A DNA stretch of 62,011 nt, counting the filler, from Sphacelaria rigidula (lineage: Eukaryota): assembly GCA_964200075.2 (NCBI GenBank). It is 8 parts of 8 records of this genome, joined end to end, with 100 filler letters (N's around TTAATTAATTAA, not from the genome) between each part and the next. Parts side by side here need not be neighbours in the genome. Positions count along the whole stretch, not along the records: positions 31,060 to 38,722 come from CAXNAA020013875.1; positions 38,823 to 46,485 come from CAXNAA020013876.1; positions 46,586 to 54,248 come from CAXNAA020013877.1; 5 more parts are not named here. One strand, written 5' to 3'. Positions 34,746-48,614 of this stretch are shown in pieces. How positions within the stretch are numbered: position 1 is the first letter of the stretch; each line of letters opens with the position of its first letter. The notes under the pieces are model-generated. The model saw nothing but the letters and a program-made list of their open reading frames with translations, did no database searches and was not told the origin of the DNA. The position numbers and the translations under genes were made by a program.

Positions 34746-37700
34746 GCGCGCATGTATCCTTGCGAAAATCCATCGTAACGAAGATATACAAAACGCCTGG
34801 CTCTTGGCGTAACTCATTACAAGTCTTCAAAAACGATCATCCCCCTGTTCGTGTAATAATGCGTGTGAGAATCGCGGAGTAGCGTGATGCACTACCCACA
34901 TTACACGCTGCATCCAAAATGTAGAGGGAGGCGGTTCTGCTCTCAGAACACTAGAGGAAAATCCATGGTTCACACACGCTTGTTCATCTTCGTCTAATCC
35001 TGACAGTATATTATCCTCGTCAAAACCACACCCGACGAAGGCAGACCGGGAGGCGGGGTCTCAAACGGTCGCCTTGGCATTACGACCATCGCTACTATCT
35101 CTACATCGACAACTTACACAACACACCTTTAAAATCATGTGTCGTAGTCGACTATGTTCTATTTCCAATCAAAGGTTGTCAGAACCAACTACGAAGAAGG
35201 AACAAGGACCTCCGGACCGTGGAAATTCGATTGCGGAGCTGGAAGGGGCTGGTGGGGGGCGGGGAGCGGGGGTGGCTCATTTTTAGTATTTCTCATTTCC
35301 ATCCATCGTTGATCTTGTTTCCGCTCGAAAAATGAACAATGCACTTCATGAATATGTCGAAACAGCATATCTCTATCCGCGCCCATGTTTCGCTTTTACT
35401 TACACTTTCTGACTACTTCTGCATACAGGTGGCATGATCATCCATGCATCATGCATCGCGTGAACAAGAGCAGTAATTGAAACCTCCAAGAAAGCTCATC
35501 AATTTGTAAGGCCGTGCCTATCATTGTGTGTTGTGTACCAGGAAGAAATAGCTTGTTTCCTCTGGGCGCAGGCTGACCGCAGTATAATATACGCATATAT
35601 ACACGACTCTCGAGCACAGTAGTAGTACAAACACCTCACGATGCATGAAACACACGGAGTGCAAACGGGGAAAAGACGTGGTTGTGTACTGCTGTGTCTT
35701 TCGGTCGTTTCCAGAAGTACAAACCATACGCTATACATACATACGATGAAGAAAGAAAAAGCGCCACCCTTTGGCCGCGGGGAGGCGGAGCCATTTATAC
35801 ACAAGCTGCTTCTCGCAGAGAAGATCAAACAGGTGAATATTGAAGACGTGCATAGACGACGGGATGACACTTGAAGTACATTGTAATGTCTATCGTTGCA
35901 ATTAGTTAGTTGCCTTGTATTTTTGCTGGCCCGTCGTTTATTCGCGTTTGACCTCATGAGAGTTTGGTCGTTAACTGGGTGGGTGGTGTCAAGCCTGTCG
36001 GCTGCCATGAAGTCAAGACTCGAATCAATTTCAAGGTGTTCAGACGTTTGTGTCCAGTACATTATATCACAGCGGTATGGCGCCGCCCACAAAAAATTGC
36101 ACAAGCAGGACAGAGTAGCTTTGGGTAGTACGTGACGAGGCACCTCAGTCTAGCACATCACACATCTCAGCGGTCTAGCACCGTACTTGATGCGACATAG
36201 GCAATAATTCCACGCGCATGCAGCTTATTATGTCGTAAACTTACCTGACGACAACAACAACAGCGGTCGGCAATATCATGCATACCGCATCGATATGCAG
36301 GAAATGCCACCATTATTAACTGACACCGTGAAAACTGCAATCGACTGCCACCTATGCGTGATTGTAGTATCGCAGGATGCTTTTATTTTTGGATCATTCA
36401 TCCATCTCGTTCTACGTTGTCGGTGCTCCGAGAGTGATATTTGCGATTGCGCTCATTGATTGTCACTCACCAGCTGCGCTCGAAGTTCCACTTCATAACA
36501 GGCGTGACACGCAGCGATGAGGAATCGACGCTCATGTTCGCTTCTTTTACAACCGCAGAAGCGCCGTGCGCCCCTTCCAGTACAGCAAGCGTGCCTCTCG
36601 AAGTGTTGGCCCTGGAAACCTCCATCGTGGCAAGTCAAAAGTGATGCCTTTGTTGACTCCCGCCGAGAGGATGCCTTCAAAAGTCGGGGTAATCGTCGTA
36701 GCACTCGTTCACCGCGTACGGTCCGATCGAGCTTGCAAACAGCTACCCTTGAGACAAGGGGAGCGATAATGCAGCGCCGCAGTTCGTGGAAGAGTTGGAA
36801 TATATCTATACACCCGCAGTTCACGGCGCGCAAGGGAGTGTGATGTGTAGCTGCGTCCACGCTAGCTGTCTGTCCGCCGATCACTTGTTGTGTGATGATG
36901 CAGCATCACAACAGAGTAATCTGGGAAGCATGTACATCTCGCCGAAAAAGCATACAACACAGTGCAGCTGTTCTCCTTGTGTCAGGGGTAATAAAATAGT
37001 GTGGACAGGAATTACCTGCGACCGGACGACGAGTGAAGCAGCTCGCCACCCACTCTCAGCTTGAGTGCGTGGCAGTTTTGATTCGTATTGATCATGTCCG
37101 GTATTTATTCCTGCATGAAAACTGGAACAAAAGAACGCGCTACTCTCAACTTTGTGTCCTGTATTCATGATTCAACCCACGCGTGTGTTTGCAGCACAGT
37201 GTAATACCACCGTGCAGTACGTCCGTACACTACATTACAGTGCAGTGCCGTTGCGTGTTTCCTCCAACAGGTCCGATTATTACTGGCACGTTGAGCCCTT
37301 TCACGACACTCGGTACGAAATACCTGTGTGAAGTAGAAGATATACACACACAGTTTCGCATCTCCGTATTTCGTACGTGGATATATTTGCCCCTACGTGC
37401 AGCGCATCAAATATTATTGAATCATTTCAACCACGAAAAAAATACCACAAGAAGGTCAACGGCTGGCTCTTCGTGTCATAGAACTGCAAGTATTTCATAT
37501 TACATCAAGGCCCCGAAGTAGGCCCGAAGTAAAAATGAGGGTCTCACTGCGATAACGATCCACTGAAAGTAGAGTGAGAGTGGCGAACAGCTGATGATGC
37601 TTGACAACCATTTCACTTTCCGTCTCGCTTTCTCATTCCCTCACTTTTAATGCATTGTGGTGGGATAATTATTTTTTAATTATGTTCGTGAGATATTTTT

Positions 37701-38394
37701 ATCAAGTGATTTTCGTTCGAACGGAGGGACAATCCAATGGAAGTACGACATGGAAAGTGAAATGGTTGTCCTGGACGCGTGAGCTGTTCGTCATCAATTC
37801 TCATATTTTTCTCCTGTCAAATCATCTCCACCATGCATTCATTTTTCGAGTGAAATTGATGCCGATTCCACAAATGATCGACCTATTCTTATTTATTTAT
37901 TTTGCGGTGAAAAGGAGTCATCAACAGAAAATCATTCTCGGCAGCAGACTGTGGTCCGGTGTACAGTTTCATCATGATCCCGAGACGTGGATCCTTCGGC
38001 AATTTTCACATCGCATCCACCCGTACTTCGGGTCGCCAAAACACGTCAATTTCCATTTCCACTGAAGTGAGGAACTGCCCAATGACCTCAACGTCGTCCC
38101 CTTCCTTTTGTTCTCGAATCAAATTTTCTAATACGAATTTCATTATGCGACAGTTTCGGGAACCCTTTCTTCTCTTTCTACGCAGGAATCTTCAATCTCC
38201 AGTGCAGTATTCTACATTACTCTTCCTTCTTCTCCGTACCAAATTTCAAAGCTCAACTCGCAAAACTGAGGTGAGAGGGGGCGATTTAGACACCGGGCGG
38301 GGCGAAATTTGAAACAATATTTTCTAGGCTCTTTACCAGCCCAGGCTTAGTACTTGTATTTTTAAACCTTTGTGTGGGACCTCGCTAGCCCATA

Positions 38395-38722
38395 TGTGTG
38401 TGTGTGTTGCCGTCCCATTTGTTCTGGGCACCAGTCTACACCTTTCGGTATATGTGGGCGCACCAGCCGGGGTCACACAGGAGGAAGGTCAACACAGGAG
38501 CTTTTTCTTTTTTATTTATTTGTTTTGAATACCCCACCTTCCTTCTTCTGCGGTGCTTGCCTTTTATTTTTTATCGCGAGAGGGGTTCAGCAGCCCCTTT
38601 CCCTCGTCAACCGTTTAGTCGTATTTTTGTGTACCCACGACATAGTCGCTCTCCACTGTTGAGTATGGTTTGAGAAAAGATTCCAGATCGCTCCGGGAAT
38701 CGAACCCTCCTGCTACTCAACC
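38395..38722 (-). mobile_element. SINE family A, from (AC)n tail through the B box, cut by the scaffold end
   Basis: Overlaps both the head copy (31060-31272) and the tail copies, so the full element of about 370 bp can be reconstructed. Confidence 0.88.
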
Positions 38723-38822
38723 NNNNNNNNNNNNNNNNNNNNNNNNNNNNNNNNNNNNNNNNNNNNTTAATTAATTAANNNNNNNNNNNNNNNNNNNNNN
38801 NNNNNNNNNNNNNNNNNNNNNN
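38723..38822. other. Artificial scaffold spacer
   Basis: 44 N + TTAATTAATTAA + 44 N. Confidence 0.98.
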
Positions 38823-39014
38823 AATCTTGCCCGGAACTTTATCGTAAGCTTGGTGGCAACCCGTCACTAGGATCTGCAGCACCGCGCCGCGTTCCGTCAT
38901 TTCCCGTAGGGAAGGCAGTCTGGCCCACAGCCCCGGATCGGCTCCACGGCTCAGCCACGACGTAACACACACACCGGCCGCAACTACCCCGGCAACGCCC
39001 ACACAGCACGCCAC
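38823..39014 (-). CDS. Possible exon fragment running off the scaffold edge (frame uncertain)
   Basis: Good acceptor TTTGCTTCCACTCCCCCAACAG|GTG followed by a GC-rich open frame VACCVGVAGVVAAGVCVTSWLSRG... Confidence 0.35.
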
Positions 39015-39622
39015 CTGTTGGGGGAGTGGAAGCAAACGTGGATGGTGGACATGTGCACCAAGGGAACAACGTCGGTACCGTCAGTACGGGCAAGTACAAG
39101 GTCGACGAGTTTACGCGGACCAAGGACAGTCATTGGTGGCGGTGCTGAGGTTAGGCATAGATAACGCGAACGGACGGCAGACGCATGCTCCTGCCAGATG
39201 TATTTGTATGCCATTTTCGCATTCCAAGCCTGGACGCCTTGTGTTCGGTGCCAAAATAGACGCTGGAACGTCAAAATGAAAGGGAGGTTCGGTTGTCAAG
39301 CGAGGTCGTGTCCTCCTTGGAGCATCGAGCGGGCACAACACAGAACAACACACGTGCCGACACGACAGAGACGTCTTATCTTTTTGAAACTGCTAAATGT
39401 GAGTCGAAAATCCTCATGATCTTTAAAAGCTGAGTGGTGCAGGGTGTTAACTGAAAAAAACTGAAAAAATAAAGACGAAGACGATAAGCCGTGGAGACAG
39501 ATTGCCGCTCATCTATTTCGGCGACACTATTTTCAAAGGGTGTGAGCTACCACCCACAAGCCCATCGGAAGTGAAGTACCAAATTGCGATTTGCATACAA
39601 TACACGAGGGGGGGAAAATATG

Positions 39623-39641
39623 TATATATATATATATATAT

Positions 39642-39693
<52 letters not shown>
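39623..39693. repeat. Compound (TA)n(GA)n microsatellite
   Basis: Read directly. Confidence 0.95.
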
Positions 39694-39696
<3 letters not shown>

Positions 39697-42600
39697 TATC
39701 ACACAAAAAGCGGGGTTTACTGTTCAATACCGGGAGTTCCGACCCAAACGCGAAAAATTACACAGACCTCCCACGAGCAAGCCATAAATCCTACGAAAGT
39801 ACCAGATCGAGGTTTTTTGTTTTTTCATCGAGTTATGACGTTTGCTTTTTTTGCCAGAAATTTCAACCCCCCTGATATTCTCTTTTTCTTCCCGCTAGCT
39901 TCCGCTACTTTCCGCGTATTGATGTAAATCTCCCCTCAATATTGTCGTCCCCTCGTCCTGTAATTTGTTTTTTGAACGCAATTGGTGTTCAAAAAATCCT
40001 CCTGGCGTTTCTCGGACGTACATAAAAACGTCGCTCACTCTCACATAATACGTCGTACATCATGCACCTTCAGAGGTCACGGCGAAAATGCACTCGTCTC
40101 TTAAAGGTGGGACCCGAAGGTAATAAGGTACACATAATGAACACATACCGTATCGCCTGCCCAGGTTCTCGCCCGCCCTCCCCTAACGCAATCACTCCTC
40201 GACAACGCCAATTTATCCCCGCCTCATGCGTGCACCGCTACCTGGTCCTTTCCATGCGCACTTCCATTGACTCGTCCATGCTACAGGCGCTGTACAATGA
40301 CACTTACTTATGCATATCACAACAACATTTACCCTCGGTATCCCCATAAATCCACGGCGGGCGCACATCAGACCCTATTTCAGCTCTCAATTCCCAAAAT
40401 CAAGCCGGGCAAGGTTTTTCAGCCAGAAATACGAAATCGCTGATCCAGCTCGTACGATGCTGTGGTTGGCCCGCTGCCCTACGCAACCGAAGGACTTCCG
40501 ATTGTTGGAGAGCTTGCTACGAAGATCCCAAGACTTGTCCGAGACAGGGAGGTTGAAGATCATTTATCGAAAGGGGGCCGGGAAGCGACGTCAGAAAACA
40601 TGGAGATAAACATCGACTTGCACGGTCGTCAACCCATGTCGAAAGGCTTTAGCATGTCAACGTGTGATCATCACTTCACAGCATGCGGTATCGTTTTCGA
40701 ACATCCACGATAGAACGAACGCGCACGCATCCGCAGCTAATACGACTACTCAAGCGTATAGTGAGCTTCGATCGAATGCATTCGGTTTCATACTGAGCGA
40801 GTGAGCGCACACGGTCTGCCGTCTTCTATGCCCCACAGCGCCAAGTTGTGGAACTGTGCACTACAGTTTTGCCGAAACAGCATTTTCCCCCCTCCCCGGT
40901 GACACTGTTCCAACCCTCTCTTCCTTACGACGACCCCATAGTGTCAACGGGTCAACCCGTCTCTTCCCCTGTACGTGCCGGACATTTTTGTATCTAGGAT
41001 TGAATTACGACCATCAGCACTGCCGCATCGCATCGATTTTCGCCGACTTCTCTCCGCTACTGTACTCGTGTCCTGACGGTGTCTAGGACGGCAACCGGAT
41101 AGTGTAGGACCTGGGTCAGTCTAAAGGCATACATTTCTCTACAAGAGCACACGATAACTTCTTCAGCTTCCGGAATCTGCCTCATGTAAGTGTATCGCTG
41201 TGATCAAGTGCAGGCCAACCTGCTGATGGGCGGTCTACAGGTGAAGAAATAAATGGAAAAATGTACCGTATAATGTATGACCTCAACGACGGAACCAGGA
41301 TCTGTAAAAGAGGGACGTATATGTCGGGATTCCAACTCGTAACTTTTCGACCTTGTGGACGTCCCTTACACCAGCTAGACTTCGGGATGTAACCGTGTCA
41401 CACAATAAGTGTAATGCAAGGATCAATTTGAGGAGTTTTGAGCTTTAGCCTCACACGTACTATGTACGCATCAAGAGGCAAGGAATTACTGCGGCAGCCG
41501 AATGTGTCAACATTTTCGTTCAGTCATGACCTTCTCAATTCTTGTCAATTTTAAACTGGACTAACTTGCCGGGGGTGGGGGGCAGGGGGGGTTGGTTCCT
41601 TTTGGCTACCTCAGCACAGTTTTGCGTCTTGATTGGAACCTTGCCCCAAAATCCCAGCTTCCAAATCTTGAAAACAGGCGGTGACAAGCTGATCACGCGC
41701 CAAAAAAATGCTTCAGACTGACCCAGCTCGTACTCGCGAGGGAAAAAATCGGTATGAGCCATTGCAACTATATTCTCTGGCAGACCGAAAGGAACAAAAA
41801 CACATCATGCCCTGTTGAGTGACAGCTATCTTGAGGGCTGTCGCGCACTGTTCGGGAGGCAGTGCGACTATCTTGGTCAACACTTCAACCCCACGCATCG
41901 ATCGTGGATGAACAGCCGATGATCATCACGGGCCCAATTCTCAATTACATCTCCGAGGTACCTTCATGTGTGCTGCACACGTCGTGAATAATCAAGCTAT
42001 CAACAAAGAATGAGACCGACATCTGCATATTGGAATCGCAGATGCAGAGTATTCCCCCCAGAAATTTTCCGTTGTGCAGCTTTTGCAAAGTCAGAAGCGC
42101 GCCGACGAAAGTTGTGCCTGGCACCGACCGGTAGGCGATAGGCGGTAAGCTGTAGGCAGGACATCTCTAACGCCTCCGGTGAAGGTCTGCCTTGACGAAA
42201 TATCACATCATTACTCGCGAACGCGCCATCGTCGACGCTTCATGTTTCCTTTCATGTTTACAGTTGTTCGACAGAAATTGCGGTGATTGGTCTCCATCCA
42301 ATTGATTCAAAACACGCTGTAGGTGAGCGCACATGCAAACATTACACAACAGTACAAGGGACAACATTGAACATGTAGAGTGAACACACTCGGCCATTCT
42401 AAACGGCAAGCATATCTCGACCAACCCCTCCTTGTACATGAAACCCCACATGCTTGAACAATTACTCGTCTGTATTGACGGTAGCTATGGTGGCCTTCCG
42501 ATGCCATAGTTCTTCACGAAATACAGTACAGTCCACGCAATCAGCACTAGGCAAGGAGCAGTCTAAACTTTTGCAAATCGACTTCATTCACGTCTCACGT

Positions 42601-43145
42601 TTTGGTGCACGTTGAGGTGACAGCCGGAAATAGCGACCACATGTTCTAGAGTAACCGTCACATCCGGGGGTTTTTTTGCGGAGAGATGGGTCAGACCTGG
42701 TGTCTTTTGCCTCACGATCTTGGGCAACAGCAATTTGACCAAAAGCAGCAACAAGTCAGTGAGACACCTCTGCGTCCTCTGGTGTAAGACCTGACTGAAA
42801 TATCTTGTCGTTAGTAATAGTGGATTCGCCCTCCTCAACGTGCGGCCTGTCCCACAAGAAAACCGCAAATTCCGATCCGCAGTCCACCTCTTCTTTTAAG
42901 CTGATGCAATGTCTGTCTTTTCGGGTGCCGACGCCAGGCCCACGAGCAACTTCGAGAATCGAAAAACGATTTCGACAGCGGTTCCCTCTTTCGTGAGAGG
43001 CACCCCATCCGAATCGCTTGAACCCATGTTATGTATGTACAATTGAATGCGCAAGGGGCAGAGTTCCAAAACAAAACAAACTAAACTCAGGTTGTAAAGC
43101 CTAGGTTTAGCGCTAGGGGTTGCTGAGTTTGAAACCCACGAGGAA

Positions 43146-43590
43146 ATGTGAAGACTTCACGGGAGCCGTAGGTGAGATGCCGTACCGAGCGTACCCCTGG
43201 TTTTTACCGGGGTATCTCATACCGTGGCATGCGTGGGTATCGTAGGTGTGGGTTTTGATGATACCTGTTCGAGCGGGTACGGTGGATACTGGATCTCGAA
43301 ATACCATGGTATCGTAGGTGTGGGTTTTGATGATACCTGACTGAGCGGGTACGGTGGGTACTGGTATATCGAAATACCACGATATCGTAGGGTATCATAG
43401 GTATTACATTTGAAAACACCCGATTGAGCGGGTACGGTAGGTACTGGTATCTCCAAATACCGTGGTATTGTGGGTATCATAGGTATGACAGTTGGAAATA
43501 CCCTATTGGATCGGTATCCGTAGGGTATGAGATGTCCCAAATACCAGTACCCGGTACCTGCCTTACCCTCTATACCGACTTCAACACTGT
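43146..43590. mobile_element. Non-autonomous TIR element with 4 internal tandem units of 72-84 bp (copy 1)
   Basis: Unit TACCGTGGTATCGTAGGT.TGGGTTTTGA...GATTGAGCGGGTACGGTAGGTA. Ends GACTTCAACACTG. The left end is an inverted match to the right end of copy 2. Confidence 0.7.
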
Positions 43591-44544
43591 CATCGGGCAG
43601 TGCGGAGAAGCACTTCAGGGCGTGACTTAGTACCTTTTTCTTCCCTCGAAAAAATGGGGCGGTGCTAGTGATTTTAGTTAAGATCGTACATTTTTGTCGA
43701 GTTGGGTCTGAGCGAATTTCAAGCTTTCGATTGAAAAAAAAAAGTGAAATTCTTGAAACGTACATGGTCACTCGTGTACAGTATAAAGAGTCTGTGCTAT
43801 CTGCACTGCTTGCGAGCAATGTGTCGTGAGAGCGTGTGTGCGTGTTTCGTACAGTAGGATTTTGAAGAGAAGCGAGAAACGTGCAGTACAGACAGTCCAG
43901 GACTATCAGTTTTATCTGCTTACAATGCGACGTGAACAGGACTTCAACAACGTGTAGCTATCTACTGCCTGCACTCTCCATGAGGGTGTACGCAACTCGA
44001 TTGCCTACCGCACCACGCAGTTCTGTCGCTGATCTCATCACGAAATAAGATGCGCAAGTTTTCGCCAGCAAAAAATAAATAAGGCATACCCAGCTACTGC
44101 AGTGTATCTATCCCTGTGCTCAACTCGTACTCGATGCTGCAGGGTTGCTGTGGAAGCTGAGAATGTGTTCGATGGAATCTCCATGGTTCTGTGAATGGGT
44201 CTTATCTGGCGTGGTGATCTCCAAGATAGGAGTCAAGTGTCGCTTCGTGCCTTTCGACCGCATTTTCTCGATCGAAAAAGCTCAACTTTTTTGTTTTGTA
44301 GTTTTTCTTCGCGTTCCGTTGATTTCAAATTTGAATTCAAGCCTTTCAAGAACAGAAATGCGGTGGACCTATCAGATCGAGGGAAAAAATCGACTTCACA
44401 TCAGACTAAATAATATTGCGCTCACTCGAATCGATCCAAACACTACATGCCGGGGGGATCTGGCTGTATATTACTTGTGAAAAACAATATGTACCTGATC
44501 CGACAACTTCTGGCTCTTGTGTAAGTTGGGACCAGCTGCTGCAC

Positions 44545-45068
44545 CGTGGAGCGTGCATCGCGTCCGGTATTTACCTGGCATACCCCTACGGTTTTGACCA
44601 GGGTATCCCATACCGTGGTTTACGCGGGTATCGTAGGTGTGGCATTTTAAAATACCGGATTAGGCAGGTACGGTAGGTATTGAAATCTCGAAATACCCTG
44701 CCATCGTAGATATCGTGGGCATGAGTTTGGATAAAACCTGACTGATTGAGCGGGTACGATAGGAGTTGAAATCACGCAAAAAACCGTGGTGTTGTAGGTA
44801 TATGATATTTCAAAATACCGGATTGGGCAAGTACGGTAGGTATCGAAATCTCGAGACACCGTGGTATCGTAGGTATGGGTTTTGAAAGTACCCGATTGTG
44901 CAGGCATGGTAGGATTTGACATGTCGAAATACCGTGGTGTCGTAGGTATCGTAGGTATGGCATTTGAAAATATCCGACTGGACCGGTATCGGTAGGGTAT
45001 GAGATGTCCCAAATACCGGTACCGGGTATCTACCTTACCTACGGTGCCTGTGGAAGACTTCACAACAG
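44545..45068. mobile_element. Same family, copy 2, with 5 internal tandem units
   Basis: Shares the unique block GTAGGGTATGAGATGTCCCAAATACC with copy 1. Ends CCTACGGTGCCTGTGGAAGACTTCACAACAG. Confidence 0.7.
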
Positions 45069-45869
45069 TGCGATGAAATGCATACGAACGGGACATGAAG
45101 TAGTAGGGATCATCACGCGAAGCAGTACGTGTACCGCATCAAGGGTGTACTAATAAAGGTATCCCGCACACCTCTTTGCCCTCTCCCCCAACTTGAACTG
45201 TTCCATGGTCTTGGCCTCAGTTGGCCTCGGTTGGCAACGACTCATCTATAGAACACGCCACTCAAGGGGCCTTTTAGACTGGAAAACGGTTGATACCCCC
45301 CCCACGATGCTGGTCTGAACCTGAGCAGCCCAAAACCGCGGAGTTTGGGCATATCAGTTGTCCTAGCGGCCGGAGAGAAGATAACTTGGCCATTGGATGA
45401 TGACTCTCCGTCAAGGTGACCGCTGGAAAATGACTTTGAGGTAGGTGTTACTGTAGCGAGGTCGCAATGCTGGAGAGGGCTGCGCACTCAAGACGTGAAC
45501 CCCAGGGCGTTCTGTTTGTCGATCAAGGAAGGAGTACCATGAGTGGTACGTGTTGCTGAGTGACACCAGAGGTATACCCTACTGCGGTGACTTGACTGTA
45601 TAGTTCCAACCGGCATTGAAACGTTCTGACAGTACTCCCACCGTGTTAACCAATTGTAGATGATTCAAGGATGATCACCTGGTGCCGGTTTAGGCAGTGC
45701 CCGCGTCCGAACAACTGTCGAGGGGCTATCTCTCAAGGTCGACATACTGCACAGCAACACAGATAGAAGCGACAAATGAGAATCTCGTGAAGATGGTGTC
45801 GCAAAAGAAAGTAGCTAACAAGTCACAGTTTTGTATTCTTCTTCCGTGCTGGCATAATCTGTTCCAATT

Positions 45870-46056
45870 GAATTGAACCTCACGGTCGACGAGGGAAAGG
45901 GAGTGCTGGGCCCCTGTATCGATAAATTTGAAGGAAAAATAAGGGAAGCTGTTGAGTTGAACTTCCTCCTGTGTGACCCCGGCTTGTGCGCCCATATATA
46001 CCGAAAGGTGTAGATTGGCGTCCAGAACAGATGGGACGACAACACAGACAGACACA
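45870..46056 (+). mobile_element. SINE family A, 5'-truncated and degenerate
   Basis: GGTCGACGAGGGAAAGGG...CTGTGTGACCCCGGCT...TATACCGAAAGGTGTAGA...ACAACACAGAC. Confidence 0.8.
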
Positions 46057-46485
46057 GCAAATACAGACGTTGCTCAGCCACGGCTCGACGTACCCCTACC
46101 ACCNNNNNNNNNNCACAAGCCGGGAAAAGCCGATCATGCACGTGCTGCACAGTAGAGTTCCTACTATCGTCATTATCCATCTAATCAGGAGGGTACCTAC
46201 TCATCCAAAATGGGGTACCCCCCCCCCCACCGGTCGCCCGGAATGAGGTTTTCGGGATTCGGGGGCGGTGAATAACGTAATCCAGTTTGTAAGGCCCCTT
46301 GCGTCACTCACTGAGAAAGCTAGCCAACTAGGTCACCGTTTTTTTGCGTGCTTGCGTTTTTGTGCGGTAATCATGGTGATCGAGCTACATCATATTATGC
46401 GGCGTGGGAGAAGACTAACGCCGAGATAGCCCCCCCACAAAACGTGCACCGGCACCACTCAACGAACCGGCTGCGATCCCACTAT

Positions 46486-46585
46486 NNNNNNNNNNNNNNN
46501 NNNNNNNNNNNNNNNNNNNNNNNNNNNNNTTAATTAATTAANNNNNNNNNNNNNNNNNNNNNNNNNNNNNNNNNNNNNNNNNNNN
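46486..46585. other. Artificial scaffold spacer
   Basis: 44 N + TTAATTAATTAA + 44 N. Confidence 0.98.
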
Positions 46586-46603
46586 CGCCCCCCCCCCCCC
46601 CCC

Positions 46604-46966
46604 CCGGAGGGCATTTTTTTGAAAATTGTGATGATTTTTTTCTTTTTTGTCAACTTTTCCCCAAGAAATTGATTAATAAATACTGTTTTGTTTTTTCTGT
46701 CATTTTTTTACAACAAATTGACCAATAAACAATGACAAAAACCGAAAAGTCTGGTGGGCTTTCCGGGGTTCGTATATCTGCTTCTGCTCCTTGCCCGCGC
46801 TGTCCCGATGACCTCAGATGCCGGAGGGCATGTTTTCAAAAATTGTCCTGATTTTTGTATATTATTTTCTGTTATCTTTTTTGCAAGAAATTTATCAATG
46901 AACATTGACAAAAACCGAAAAGTCTCGTAGGTCTCGCGGGGTTTGTGTATTTGCTTCTGCTCCTTG
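46604..46966. repeat. Degenerate direct repeat, 2 units of about 150-190 bp
   Basis: CCGGAGGGCAT.TTTT.AAAATTGT...TGACAAAAACCGAAAAGTCT...TGCTTCTGCTCCTTG occurs twice. An inverted AAGGAGCAGAAG lies near 47478. Confidence 0.75.
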
Positions 46967-48267
46967 ACATATTTGTATATATATTTAATATTAGAATAGG
47001 CTCTGCATAAAGTATAGATACTGCTCCTTGATATATATATTTATACATATTACATAAACAAATAATATATAATATATGGAGCATATAGTATATATAGAAT
47101 ATTTCGAACGCACGAGCGTGAAGCATACTTTGTAACGAGGCGTCCACGAGATTCTATGCTGGTTTTAGTGTCCAACTCCCTCCGCACCCGCCCCGGGAGA
47201 CGGTTGTTCGGGCCAATGCCGATGCCAGGGGCCCGCTTAGCAGAATCGTACTTTACTTTGTGCGGGGGTACACATGCGTTCGCAACCGTTCGAACGGACG
47301 CGCGATCGCGGTGGTCCTGCAATGTTTCCGGCGGGCATGAACATTTCGAGAGAGGACCTATTCTCACCAGGGCCTGGCAAGGCAAGAATACCGAGACCAT
47401 CGAAAAAGACGGACGGGACCGGGGCGCAGCCCCCGGTCCCGTGCGGCTTGTATATCATATGTAATATATAATGTATTAAGGAGCAGAAGAGTATACATAT
47501 CTAATATAGTATGTAGTATATAGTAGTGTATATACTATATGATATAGAATATAGTATATAGAATATAGTATATAGAATATACATACGGATCTCCACTGTC
47601 CACGGCAGCTGACCGCATCCGCCAACGCTTCGGCAATAAACCATGGGGCGCACGGCTAGGTGTCTCCTCCCCCCCTCCCTCAAAAACTCATTTTTTTTTA
47701 TCTTGAGGCCTACGTGTCCTGAATTCTTTTTTTCGCTGCCCCCTGCTCTCCACCATTTTCTCCCCTTGCTTTTATTTGTCCTTGTTTCGTTCTGCCATTC
47801 TGTTACTCTGTTATTCTTTCACTCTTCCTTTTTCTTTTTCATTTATCATTTTCTGAACCGTGTTGGCGTTTGTGTTTCCCGCGTACAGAATTAGCGGCAA
47901 AGAGGGCCGGCTGTAACAACGTCATCTCCAGCCAGCCGTGCCGCGACCGGCCTCCACGATCTGGCCTTGTGTACGAAGCTCTGGCACGAGTCTGCCTGGC
48001 TTTTGCTCAGGATTAGTGCTAGCTCCTAGGGTATTGTCTTATCTCCATTGGCTTCCTTCATCATGTCATGATGCATGATTTTCTCTCTTTCATAGACTTT
48101 CCTTCAGCGAGTGCTCTGTTTCTTTCATAGACTTTCCTTTAGCGAGTGCTCTTTCTTTGCCTTGGGTGCGTATACCATGTAAACACGGCTGAGTTTGTTA
48201 GTAATCTTGCGAATGGGTTCGAGTTAATGCTAACGTTCACGTGCACCAATGAACTGTAACAGTCAAT

Positions 48268-48335
48268 CTATCTTCGCACAAGATGGCGGCGGATGTACAG
48301 CACCACCTTTGGTCGTGGCAAACAAATACCGTACG
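48268..48335 (-). CDS. Putative terminal exon of an unknown gene (xYGICLPRPKVVLYIRRHLVRR*)
   Basis: Acceptor CCGCGCAG|CG, phase 1, matching the preceding exon. Ends in TAG. Confidence 0.45.
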
Positions 48336-48526
48336 CTGCGCGGACGTCGCACAACACGTTTGGATGTTTGGAGATACCGTCGTGACCTATGCTGAAGTAT
48401 TCATACCCCACAGGCTATCGCGTTTGATACGAGGAATCGGTGATCGATCATGAACATCCCGCTGCCGCAAAATTGCGTGCTGGTTAGGCTTACTTGGCTT
48501 AATAGCGTTCCACAGCGTCAGCTTAC

Positions 48527-48614
48527 GCCACGGTCGCTCGGTATCGGCGTAAGACATGAGGTGCAGCCCCTGCCCATGCTCAGAAACGTCCGGAAATCGA
48601 ATATCGAGGAGTGC
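48527..48614 (-). CDS. Internal exon of the unknown gene (ALLDIRFPDVSEHGQGLHLMSYADTERPW); may extend to an alternative donor at 48494
   Basis: Pyrimidine-rich tract then GCTCAG|GCA, phase 0. Two candidate GTAAGC donors, both phase 1. Confidence 0.6.

Noticed and set aside
35499..36884. Protein-coding exons in scaffold 5
   Set aside because: Some splice-like signals and protein-like stretches occur, but no consistent frame, phase chain or known motif could be established.
31060..38722. Scaffold 5 as a circular element or LTR-bounded unit because both ends share sequence
   Set aside because: The ends are two diverged copies of the dispersed SINE family A, and assemblies commonly break at such repeats.
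40300..42870. Transposase or viral pseudogene
   Set aside because: Only short ORFs with no recognisable catalytic motifs. BLASTX would be needed.
43220..45000. CRISPR-like repeat-spacer array
   Set aside because: Units are homologous along their whole length with no unique spacers, the context is eukaryotic, and there are no cas genes.
48086..48155. 35-bp tandem duplication as a regulatory element
   Set aside because: A simple two-unit local duplication with no supporting evidence of function.
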